Positions 1 through 7,568 of a DNA stretch of 15,882 bases are shown one piece after another (position 1 is the stretch's first letter; each line of letters starts with the position of its first letter). The notes beneath the pieces are model-generated. The model saw nothing but the letters and a program-made list of their open reading frames with translations. It was not told the DNA's origin and made no database searches. The position numbers and the translations under genes were made by a program. Source of the DNA: an uncultured bacterium. Lineage in GTDB: Bacteria > Caldisericota > Caldisericia > B22-G15. Where the stretch lies: contig CBFDTJ010000032.1 of assembly GCA_965612865.1 (NCBI GenBank), forward strand, positions 1 through 15,882. Reading direction: 5' to 3'.

Positions 1-2
1 TT

Positions 3-68
3 CAAGCAGAAGACGGCATACGAGATCATGCCTAGTCTCGTGGGCTCGGAGATGTGTATAAGAGACAG
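3..68 (+). other. Illumina Nextera adapter contamination (P7 + i7 index + read-2 transposase adapter with Tn5 mosaic end); technical artefact
   Basis: CAAGCAGAAGACGGCATACGAGAT (3-26, P7), CATGCCTA (27-34, 8-nt index; matches N706 as recalled), GTCTCGTGGGCTCGG (35-49), AGATGTGTATAAGAGACAG (50-68, mosaic end). Confidence 0.99.
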
Positions 69-586
69 ATATCTGAAAGCCCGATTCCTTCATTTTTCAT
101 GATGATTCTCTTACCCTCTGCTTCATTCTCTTCAAGGACAATGAGTTTATCAAGTTCTACCTCTCTTTTCTTCCCCTTTTTGTTCTCTCTGGTTATGACC
201 AAGCCCTTCAGATTTAAATTTTTAATACTTTTTCCAAAAAATTCTATCTCAAGATGTGTTGTAAGAGAGAATAGTGATGGGGAGTTATCTGGTGCAATTC
301 TAACCCTGTTTATTTTCATTCCATCTGGAGTGTTTTCCTTCAGTCTTCTGGTGATTTCGTCAAGCTCAACCTCTTTTATAAGATAAAAATCCATTACCTC
401 ATTCTCCCCTATAACACCCATAGGAAGAGGTGGACAAAAATCCATCTTAACTCTTGGATTAAAACCTTCTGTGAATCTTAAGGGAAGATCTGTTCTTCTC
501 AAAAGCCTCTCCCAGACTCTCACAAGATCAAGGTGGGAGATATATATAAGTGCTCCTTCCTTTCTATACTCTACCCTTATCCTCAT
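69..586 (-). CDS. Radical SAM-associated protein, TIGR03936/DUF2344-like; 3'-truncated by the adapter
   Basis: MRIRVEYRKEG..YISHLDL.RVWERLLRR..LPLRFTEGFNPRVK..F..PLPMG..GENE.MD is the typical family N-terminus. It lies directly downstream of a TIGR03960-like gene. Start moved from 622 to ATG 586, which avoids overlap with the upstream gene. Bases 32-68 of the ORF-track call are adapter. Confidence 0.9.
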
Positions 587-596
587 CTCACTTATT

Positions 597-2303
597 TTAC
601 CATCCTCTGAAGCATATTCCACATCCTGTACATTTCTTTAAATCACCAAAACATGGATAAGTTACCTTTCCCATCCTTGCTCTTTTCCTTTCAACCTTGA
701 GGAATCCTTTGTTTATACCTATATCTATAAAATCCCATGGAAGGGTCTCATCCTCGGAAAAACCATTTGTAATTTTTTCGTATAGATCTTCTTTCCCTTT
801 AAGGCTTTCTTCCCACAAACTAAAATCAAATTTTTCACTCCATGTTTCATACTTACCACCCCTTTTCCAGACATCATAAATTACATCAGCCAATTCTTTA
901 TTACCCCTTGAAAGAATAGCCTCAATAAATGATTCCTCCCATCTCCTGAAGGAAAGCCTTGCACCCTTTATGTTTCTTTTTAGAAAACTTCTCTTTTCAA
1001 GGTAGTCTTCTTTTGGTATAAATTTCTCCCATTGAAAGGGCGTAAATGGCTTCGGGATAAAAGGGTTGATGGAGAGGTGAAGAGTGATTCTTTTATTCTC
1101 CATTCTTATCCTTCTTACAATATCCACTATTCCTTCTATATCCTCCATGGTCTCTGTGGGTAAACCGATCATAAAGTAAAACTTTATCTTTCTCCACCCT
1201 CTCTTGACTGCCTCTCTTACAACAGAAAAAATGTCATCGTCTTTAATGGGTTTATTTATAACATCCCTTAGCCTCTCAGTCCCTGCCTCAGGTGCAAAGG
1301 TGAGAGTTGTTTTTCTCCCTGTGTCTATAAGGTCAAGAACCTCAAGGGAGAAGTTATCAATCCTTAACGAGGGAAGGGAAACAGAAATCTTCTTCTCGTT
1401 TGTAATTTCCCTTAAACCTTCAACCAAGGGGAGAAGATTGGAATAGTCAGATGTGGATAGAGAAAGAAGAGAAACCTCTTCAAATCCAGTATTTTTCAGT
1501 ATCTCCTGTATCAGGGAAAGTATATTTTTAACGCTCCTCTCTCTCCTTGGTCTTTTTTCCATTCCAGATATACAGAACCTGCAACCTCTATCACAGCCTC
1601 TAAATATTTCAACCACCGCCCTCTCATGAATAACCTCTGTATAAGGCACTATTGGTTTTACAGGAAAGTATGTTTTATCAAGGTCTTTTACATACCTTTT
1701 TACAACCTTTTTTATTCCAAATTTAGGGACAAAAACCCCTTTTATATTTGAAATCCTTTTAAGAAAGTCTTCTCTATCCAATACAAACTCATCAATTATT
1801 TCTCCTACAACCTCCTCGCCTTCACCAATAACAAAAGCATCAACAAAGGGTAAAAGGGGCATAGGGTTTAAAGCGGAGGGTCCTCCAACTATAACCACAG
1901 GAAAATCTTTCCTGTCACGGGAGAAAACTGGAATTTTTGAAAGATACAAAAGGTTCAAAAAATTCGTGTATGTTAACTCTGTCTGGATGCTAACTCCAAA
2001 GATATGGAAATCTTTAACAGGTTTTTTTGATTCAAGGGAAAATAGAGGGATGTCTTTCTTAATTAGAAGCTTTTCCAGATCTATGTCAGGAAGAAAAACT
2101 CTCTCACATAGAGAATCTTTTCTTTCATTTATAAGATGGTAGAGAATGGAGAGCCCAAGATTGGACATCCCCACCTCATAAAAATCAGGGTAGGAAAGTA
2201 CTACCCTGATTTTATTATCCCAATCTTTCTTTACCTCATTCCACTCCTCTCCTATGTATCTTGCAGGCTTTCTTAGGGAGAGGAGTTCCTTTTCGTTAAA
2301 CAT
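597..2303 (-). CDS. Radical SAM protein with B12-binding-like N-terminal domain, TIGR03960-like
   Basis: KPARYIGEEWN, YPDFYEVGMSNLG, ERVFLP, GGP..LNP.P, radical SAM motif RGCDRGCRFC, TFAPEAGTERLR, YFMIGLPTET, FIPKPFTPFQW, LPWDFID and C-terminal C..C..CG.C. Start is ATG 2303 or TTG 2309. Confidence 0.9.
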   Translation of the reverse strand: MFNEKELLSLRKPARYIGEEWNEVKKDWDNKIRVVLSYPDFYEVGMSNLGLSILYHLINERKDSLCERVFLPDIDLEKLLIKKDIPLFSLESKKPVKDFHIFGVSIQTELTYTNFLNLLYLSKIPVFSRDRKDFPVVIVGGPSALNPMPLLPFVDAFVIGEGEEVVGEIIDEFVLDREDFLKRISNIKGVFVPKFGIKKVVKRYVKDLDKTYFPVKPIVPYTEVIHERAVVEIFRGCDRGCRFCISGMEKRPRRERSVKNILSLIQEILKNTGFEEVSLLSLSTSDYSNLLPLVEGLREITNEKKISVSLPSLRIDNFSLEVLDLIDTGRKTTLTFAPEAGTERLRDVINKPIKDDDIFSVVREAVKRGWRKIKFYFMIGLPTETMEDIEGIVDIVRRIRMENKRITLHLSINPFIPKPFTPFQWEKFIPKEDYLEKRSFLKRNIKGARLSFRRWEESFIEAILSRGNKELADVIYDVWKRGGKYETWSEKFDFSLWEESLKGKEDLYEKITNGFSEDETLPWDFIDIGINKGFLKVERKRARMGKVTYPCFGDLKKCTGCGICFRGW

Positions 2304-2841
2304 CACCAAGTATCTTTTTGAACTCAGGAATCCTCCTTAAACTATAAACAATTATAACAAACAGAAAGCCGTTTATGGCGCTTACAATTACATTAAAAGG
2401 AATGTTGATTGAGTAGAGATAAACTGCTACATCCTTTACAGGAACTCCAAGGTATAAGGGGAGGAAGAAAATGTTTGATGGAATCATCACGAGAACTCTA
2501 ACAAGGGTTCCCATAATAAGTGCCAGTAGAAAACTCTTTCTTTTTCTGTAAAGTACACCAGCCACATACACAAAACTTGATACTGCAAGAAAATTCAGAG
2601 TTGATCCAATAATGCCTCCGCTCTGCTTTACAAGATAAAAGAGAATCACCTTCACAAGAGTAACAAGAACACCAACACCAGGTGAAATGAAAAAGGCTGC
2701 AAAGAGAGAGAAAATTTCTGATGGGTCGAACTGAAGGTAGGGTGCAGCTGGAAAGATTGGAAACTGAATTAGATACATGGAAACAAAAGCAAGGGCTGAA
2801 AGCAAAGCCCCATACATAAGATCACGAAGACTCTTCTTCAT
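2296..2841 (-). CDS. ribU: ECF transporter S component, probably riboflavin-specific (RibU-like)
   Basis: Very hydrophobic 181-aa protein with FPIFPAAPYLQFDPSEI and PFNV motifs typical of S components. An FMN riboswitch lies directly upstream. Start is ATG 2841 after GGAGGG; the ORF-track extension to 2892 lies inside the riboswitch. Confidence 0.88.
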   Translation of the reverse strand: MKKSLRDLMYGALLSALAFVSMYLIQFPIFPAAPYLQFDPSEIFSLFAAFFISPGVGVLVTLVKVILFYLVKQSGGIIGSTLNFLAVSSFVYVAGVLYRKRKSFLLALIMGTLVRVLVMIPSNIFFLPLYLGVPVKDVAVYLYSINIPFNVIVSAINGFLFVIIVYSLRRIPEFKKILGDV

Positions 2842-2844
2842 AAA

Positions 2845-2868
2845 TCCCTCCTTTTCTTCGGGGAGGGA
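2845..2868 (-). promoter_or_regulatory. Riboswitch expression platform: Shine-Dalgarno sequestering hairpin
   Basis: Minus-strand TCCCTCC (2868-2862) pairs with GGAGGGA (2851-2845, the SD). The overlapping CCCCGAAG (2863-2856) is complementary to the aptamer 5' CTTCGGGG. Confidence 0.8.
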
Positions 2869-3003
2869 ACCTTCTCCCATCCGGACTTTCACCGTCGGCT
2901 CAGGAATCTCACCTGAATCTGCCTCCCCTTAGGGAGGCTCGTGGGCTAAGGTCCAAAGGGACCCATTACCACCGGTAGGGAATTCCACCCGACCCCGAAG
3001 GTT
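2868..3003 (-). ncRNA. FMN riboswitch aptamer (RFN element)
   Basis: Minus strand reads AACCTTCGGGGTCGGGTGGAATTCCCTACCGGTGGT...AGCCCACGAGC...GGCAGATTCAGGTGAGATTCCTGAGCCGACGGTGAAAGTCCGGATGGGAGAAGGTT, matching the conserved RFN blocks. P1 is AACCTTC/GAAGGTT. Confidence 0.97.
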
Positions 3004-3016
3004 TTTTATCATAATT

Positions 3017-3044
3017 AATATACAATAAAAAATAAAATTTTCAA
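3017..3044 (-). promoter_or_regulatory. Putative sigma70-type promoter for the riboswitch-ribU transcript
   Basis: TTGAAA (3044-3039), 16 nt, TATATT (3022-3017). Predicted start near 3010, just before the aptamer. Confidence 0.55.
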
Positions 3045-3098
3045 AATTCAGTTACCTGAACCAGGAATTTAAAATCAGAAAATGGAAACTACTCCATT
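3041..3098 (-). terminator. Two weak hairpins after the SDR gene; possible intrinsic terminator
   Basis: Minus strand: AATGGAG-TAGT-TTCCATT followed by TTCT, then GGTTCAG-GTAA-CTGAATT followed by a T-rich stretch. Confidence 0.4.
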
Positions 3099-3103
3099 AA
3101 AAC

Positions 3104-3904
3104 TTATGCGGAGAGGAAGCCTCCGTCAACTACAACAAGGGTGCCGTTGACATATGTGGATAGGTCGCTTGAAAGAACAAGGACAATCCTTGCCACCTCA
3201 TCTGGGTCTCCAAGTCTTGTAAAGGGGAGTCTCCACATGTACTCTATTCCTGCCTTTATAAACTCTCCTTCAAGCTTGTAGAGCTTTTTAACAAGGTCCT
3301 TCGTGGTCTGGGTCATAATCCCACCAGGAACAACAGCGTTTACTCTAAACTTCTTTCCAAACTCCTTGGCAAGTGTTCTTGTAAGAGTTATCACTCCACC
3401 TTTGCTTGCACTGTAAACTGACAGATCATTCTTAAATGGAGTAATTGCTTCAATGGATGCTATGTTTACTATGACTCCACCTTTATTAAGCCTTCCCTTT
3501 ATCATCTTCTGGCACATTCTAAAGACAGACTCAAAATTCAAACTGAAAACCTTCTCAATAAAGCGCCTGTCCACTTCAAGAAACTTTTTGAATGGGTAAA
3601 CTCCAGCATTGTTGACAAGAATCTCGGGTTCCTTCCCTTTTAACTTATCCCATAGCTTATCAATCTCTTTCCATTTTGTTAAATCAACTATATGAGTGTT
3701 TACCTCCACTTTATACTTCTTAAGTTCCTTCTCAATCTTCTTTAATAGCTCCTCGTTTATGTCAACAAGTTCAAGATTGCTTCCTGCCTCTGCAAACCTT
3801 AATGCTATAGCCTTACCTATTCCAGAGGCAGCACCTGTTATGAGAGTCCTCTTTCCCTTAAGGGAAATTAATTCAGAAATGGTTTTTCTCTTTTTTCTTG
3901 GCAT
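3104..3904 (-). CDS. Classical short-chain dehydrogenase/reductase, probably NAD(H)-preferring; substrate unknown
   Basis: TGAASGIG, acidic residue in VDIN, NNAG, catalytic S...YSASK, RVNAVVPG and VDGG. Start is ATG 3904 after GGAGGG. Confidence 0.92.
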   Translation of the reverse strand: MPRKKRKTISELISLKGKRTLITGAASGIGKAIALRFAEAGSNLELVDINEELLKKIEKELKKYKVEVNTHIVDLTKWKEIDKLWDKLKGKEPEILVNNAGVYPFKKFLEVDRRFIEKVFSLNFESVFRMCQKMIKGRLNKGGVIVNIASIEAITPFKNDLSVYSASKGGVITLTRTLAKEFGKKFRVNAVVPGGIMTQTTKDLVKKLYKLEGEFIKAGIEYMWRLPFTRLGDPDEVARIVLVLSSDLSTYVNGTLVVVDGGFLSA

Positions 3905-3915
3905 TTTACCCTCCT

Positions 3916-4824
3916 TTATATTGGTTGAACCCAACCATTTTTAAATCCAAGGGATTCCATGTATTTAACCACCTCTTCATATTCTTCATTGGTTATTTTT
4001 CTATTTACCATATTATCACTTAATGCTCTGAATGTTGGGAAGTATTGAGACATAAGGGATATTGTAACCCATGTTCCAATCTCCTCTTTTATCATATTAA
4101 GAACCCCTTTAGAATTTTCCACATTGTTTGGAAGAACAAGGTGTCTTATTATAAGTCCTCTTATTGCAACTCCATCTTCACCAAGCTTGAGATTTCCAAC
4201 CTGTTTTGCCATCTCCTTCAGGGCAAGTCTGTTCACCTCAGGATAATCGTATGCAAGGGATAATCTCTTCGCAAACTCATTATCGCTGTATTTTGCATCT
4301 GGAAGGTAGATATCAACAACCCCATCAAGATAGCGAAGTATCTCAACCTTTTCGTAACCTGATGTGTTGTAAACAATGGGAATCTTAAACCCCCTCTTCA
4401 TTGCCATTGATAGGGCAAGAAGGATGTGGGGTAGATAGTGAGTTGGAGTTACAAAGTTTATATTATGTGCTCTCCTCCTCTGAAGATAGAGCATCATCTC
4501 TGAAAGTTCCTCTACTTCATAAACCTTCCCATTTCCAAGCTGACTTATGGGATAATTCTGGCAAAATTTACATCTTAAAGGACAGTTTGTAAGAAAAATT
4601 GTTCCAGAACCTCTCCAACCAGAAATAGGAGGTTCCTCCCCAAAGTGAAGATTGTAGGATGAGACCATCAATCTATGGTCACTTCTACATATTCCTCTTT
4701 TACCTGAAAGTCTATCCACAAGGCAGTTTCTTGGGCATATATCACAGCTTTTTAATCTATCAAAAAGTTCCCTCCCCCTCCTTTCCACTTCTTTAAAACC
4801 AAGAGAAAGATAAGACGGATACAT
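3916..4824 (-). CDS. PflX-like radical SAM Fe-S protein
   Basis: N-terminal CDICPRNC..DR..G..G.C, HFGEEPPISG..GSGTIF, CPLRCKFCQN..ISQ, AHNINFVTPTH, PIVYNTSGYE, DIYLPD.KY, RHLVLP, MSQY.P. Confidence 0.9.
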   Translation of the reverse strand: MYPSYLSLGFKEVERRGRELFDRLKSCDICPRNCLVDRLSGKRGICRSDHRLMVSSYNLHFGEEPPISGWRGSGTIFLTNCPLRCKFCQNYPISQLGNGKVYEVEELSEMMLYLQRRRAHNINFVTPTHYLPHILLALSMAMKRGFKIPIVYNTSGYEKVEILRYLDGVVDIYLPDAKYSDNEFAKRLSLAYDYPEVNRLALKEMAKQVGNLKLGEDGVAIRGLIIRHLVLPNNVENSKGVLNMIKEEIGTWVTISLMSQYFPTFRALSDNMVNRKITNEEYEEVVKYMESLGFKNGWVQPI

Positions 4825-4846
4825 AATTAAAAGGTTTTATGTTGAT

Positions 4847-5665
4847 TCATTTCTCTTTTTCGTTCTTTATATAGACAACCATTCTATTGTAAGGAATCTC
4901 AATGCCTTCCCTGTCAAACGTTTTCTTCGCCTCTTCAAGGAATCTTCTTCTTGCAGACCATCTCATACCCTTATCAACTTTGGCAAGGACCTTTATAATA
5001 ATTGAAGAATCTCCAAGTTCATTAACTCCAAGAATTTTTGGTTTATCAAGGATTATATTTTCCTCTATAAGTTTATCTCCTATACTCATAATAACTTCCT
5101 TTGCCCTGTCAATATCTGACTCGTATGATATGGGAAGCTCAATAACGGTAAATTGGTCTCCCACATCGTACTTTATTACACTCCTTATCTCTCCATTTGG
5201 GATAAGAAAAAGTTTTCCCTCATAGTTTCTTATCTTTGTGGTTCTTATTCCAATTTCTTCCACAGTGCCAGAAATATCGCCAATCTCAACAAAATCCCCC
5301 ACTGAAAAGTAATCCTCAAGTAAGATAAACATGCCAGAGATAGCGTCCTTAAAGAAGGTCTGACCAGCAAAACCTATGGCTATCCCCCCAACACCTGTAA
5401 TGGCAAGAAGTGGAGTTGTATCAACATTAAACACCTTGAGTATATACCAGATGAAGAGAAAGATGAGAAGGTAATCTGAGAGAGAGAAGAAAAGTTTTAT
5501 AAGGGTCATTCTTTTCTGCCATCCCTTTTTCTTTTTCTTCTCTGTGGAGGCAATAATCTTTCTTTTTATGTAATTGAGGATATATTTAATGATGAGGAAA
5601 ACAACTATTACAGTGATTATCCCCTTTGCATAATTAAAGTATCTGGAAAAAATTTCTGTGTTCAT
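4847..5665 (-). CDS. Small-conductance mechanosensitive channel family protein (MscS-like)
   Basis: Three hydrophobic segments, GVGGIAIGFAGQ...KD.ISG.FIL.E..F.VGD.V, GTVEEIGIRTTKIR, IPNG and GIEIPY. Confidence 0.93.
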   Translation of the reverse strand: MNTEIFSRYFNYAKGIITVIVVFLIIKYILNYIKRKIIASTEKKKKKGWQKRMTLIKLFFSLSDYLLIFLFIWYILKVFNVDTTPLLAITGVGGIAIGFAGQTFFKDAISGMFILLEDYFSVGDFVEIGDISGTVEEIGIRTTKIRNYEGKLFLIPNGEIRSVIKYDVGDQFTVIELPISYESDIDRAKEVIMSIGDKLIEENIILDKPKILGVNELGDSSIIIKVLAKVDKGMRWSARRRFLEEAKKTFDREGIEIPYNRMVVYIKNEKEK

Positions 5666-5671
5666 ATTTTC

Positions 5672-5700
5672 ATTATAAAGAGGGATGCTATAAAAATCAA
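5672..5700 (-). promoter_or_regulatory. Putative sigma70 promoter for the mscS-like gene (probably leaderless)
   Basis: TTGATT (5700-5695), 17 nt, TATAAT (5677-5672), 6 nt, ATG (5665). No SD present. Confidence 0.65.
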
Positions 5701-5732
5701 GATAAAAGGGTTCACATTCCTTTTACTTTGTC

Positions 5733-5761
5733 TTCCATATGTGGATCATATCAATTATAAT
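5733..5761 (+). promoter_or_regulatory. Putative promoter of the small ORF/nucleotidyltransferase pair
   Basis: Perfect TATAAT at 5756-5761, 6 nt before ATG 5768. The -35 is weak (TTCCAT, 5733-5738, 17-nt spacer). Confidence 0.5.
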
Positions 5762-5767
5762 TATCAT

Positions 5768-5977
5768 ATGAAAGCACCAAGGAAAAAATGGGAGAAGGTT
5801 TACGAATTGGAGTTAGCATCTTTAGAAAAGCTTACATTTGAAGACAAACTCAAGATAATGGATATGATGTGGAAAGAGGTTCTCTCTCTTGGCTTGCTTA
5901 ATGAAGACGACTGGAGAGAAAAGATTAAGTCCAGAATAAAGATTGCAAAGGTACTAAATTGTTTAAAGAGGTCTTAA
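5768..5977 (+). CDS. Small charged, probably helical hypothetical protein (69 aa); candidate antitoxin
   Basis: MKAPRKKWEKVYELELASLEKLTFEDKLKIMDMMWKEVLSLG... has a Lys/Glu-rich composition like neighbouring genes and overlaps the downstream NTase by 19 nt. ATG 5768 is preferred over GTG 5741, which falls within the promoter. Confidence 0.7.
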   Translation: MKAPRKKWEKVYELELASLEKLTFEDKLKIMDMMWKEVLSLGLLNEDDWREKIKSRIKIAKVLNCLKRS

Positions 5978-6507
5978 AGAAAATAGCAAATAAATTTAAT
6001 GAAGAGAAGATTCCATATTTAGTTATAGGTGGACAGGCCCTTTTGATATATGGAGAACCACGTTTCACAAGAGATATTGATATTATTGTTGGTGTTCTTC
6101 CAAGAGACTTTGATAAGATCCTGGGACTTACTAAGAAAATAGGCCTTGAGCCTCTTACTGAAGATGCGAGAAAATTTGTAGAGGAGACCTATGTCCTTCC
6201 TCTTGAGGACTCCAAAACAAAAATAAGGGTTGACTTAATCTTTTCCTTTTCAACTTTTGAGAGTATGGCAATAGCAAGAGGAGTTAATAAGGAGATAGAG
6301 GGAGTCATTATAAAATTTGCCTCTATAGAAGATCTAATAATCTTTAAGATGTTTTCTGGAAGAGGTAGGGATATTGATGATGTGAAGAGCTTAGTTAGAC
6401 TAAACAGAAAAATAGATATAGATTATATAATAAAGTGGCTTAAGGAATTTGATAGAGAACTCGGTACAGATATGGAAGATAAATTTAAACTCATTTCTAA
6501 TCTATGA
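5959..6507 (+). CDS. Pol-beta-superfamily nucleotidyltransferase, MenT1/AbiEii-like; candidate toxin
   Basis: IGGQALLIYGEPRFTRDIDI (GG...T.DxD), RVDLIF, EDLIIFK...GR.RD..D. TTG start preceded by AAAGGT. Confidence 0.85.
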   Translation: MFKEVLKKIANKFNEEKIPYLVIGGQALLIYGEPRFTRDIDIIVGVLPRDFDKILGLTKKIGLEPLTEDARKFVEETYVLPLEDSKTKIRVDLIFSFSTFESMAIARGVNKEIEGVIIKFASIEDLIIFKMFSGRGRDIDDVKSLVRLNRKIDIDYIIKWLKEFDRELGTDMEDKFKLISNL

Positions 6508-6542
6508 TATTATGTGTTTAAACTCTCTTTAGGAGGTTGGGA

Positions 6543-7568
6543 ATGGACATTAAACCAATAGAATGGAAAGGTGATAGGCTCATTGTACTTGATCAGAGAC
6601 TTCTCCCTCATAAATTTGAGTATGTTGAGTGTAAAACATATATGGATGTGTATCTGGCTATAAAAGAAATGAAAACGAGGGGAGCTCCTGTTATAGGAGT
6701 AACAGCAGGCTATGGATTTTATCTCGGAATAAAAGAATTAAAGGAAGAGGAGATAGGGGATAGATATATAGAGATAAAGGATAAACTACTTTCAGCAAGA
6801 CCAACCGCTGTAAACTTAAAATGGGCTCTTGAGAGAATGGAGAGAGTTTTAAAGGAAAATCTTAACGAGCCTGATATAAAAGAGATTATAAAAAATAAGG
6901 CTATTAAAATAGAAAAAGAGGAAGAGGAAAAGTGCATAAAGATATCTCGGTTTGGAGAAAAGTTGTTTGATGATGGAACTACCTTTTTAACCCACTGCAA
7001 TACTGGTTCTCTTGCAACTCTTGGCCCTGGAACTGCCCTTGGGGTAATAAAGTTTACAAAAAGGAGTGGAAAGAGAGTTCAGGTCTTCTATACTGAAACA
7101 AGACCATACCTTCAGGGAGCAAGACTCACTGGCCTTGAGTTGGTTAAAGAAGGAATCCCTTCAACACTTATAACAGATTCAATGGCAGGATGGGTTATGA
7201 AATTAAAGAAGATTGATGCAGTAATAGTTGGAGCAGACAGAATTGCAAGAAATGGCGATACGGCAAATAAGATAGGCACATATACTCTCTCTGTACTTGC
7301 AAGGGAAAATGGGATACCCTTCTACATTGCCGCGCCATTCTCAAGTATAGACCTCTCTCTTGAGAGTGGAGATGAAATCCCCATTGAGGAGAGAAATCCT
7401 AAAGAGGTAACACACATAAAAGACATTCAAATTGCAGTTGATGGAACCAGGGTATTCAATCCAGCTTTTGATGTGACGCCTCACAAGAATATAACAGCGA
7501 TAATAACGGAAAAAGGTGTTGTGTATCCACCTTTTGAAGAAACTTTACTAAAACTCTCTAAACCTTGA
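6543..7568 (+). CDS. mtnA: S-methyl-5-thioribose-1-phosphate isomerase
   Basis: LDQRLLP, RGAPVIG, ARPTAVNL, THCNTGSLAT, ETRPYLQGARLT, GADRIARNGDTANKIGTY, IEER, NPAFDVTP. SD AGGAGG at 6531-6536 supports ATG 6543. Confidence 0.95.
   Translation: MDIKPIEWKGDRLIVLDQRLLPHKFEYVECKTYMDVYLAIKEMKTRGAPVIGVTAGYGFYLGIKELKEEEIGDRYIEIKDKLLSARPTAVNLKWALERMERVLKENLNEPDIKEIIKNKAIKIEKEEEEKCIKISRFGEKLFDDGTTFLTHCNTGSLATLGPGTALGVIKFTKRSGKRVQVFYTETRPYLQGARLTGLELVKEGIPSTLITDSMAGWVMKLKKIDAVIVGADRIARNGDTANKIGTYTLSVLARENGIPFYIAAPFSSIDLSLESGDEIPIEERNPKEVTHIKDIQIAVDGTRVFNPAFDVTPHKNITAIITEKGVVYPPFEETLLKLSKP

Noticed and set aside
50..68. Tn5 mosaic end as evidence of a transposon
   Set aside because: It is embedded in the synthetic Nextera adapter; there is no transposase or second end.
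2842..2892. N-terminal extension of the S-component ORF (MKVRMGEGSLPEEKEGF)
   Set aside because: It is the translated riboswitch 3' end and expression platform; the SD supports ATG 2841.
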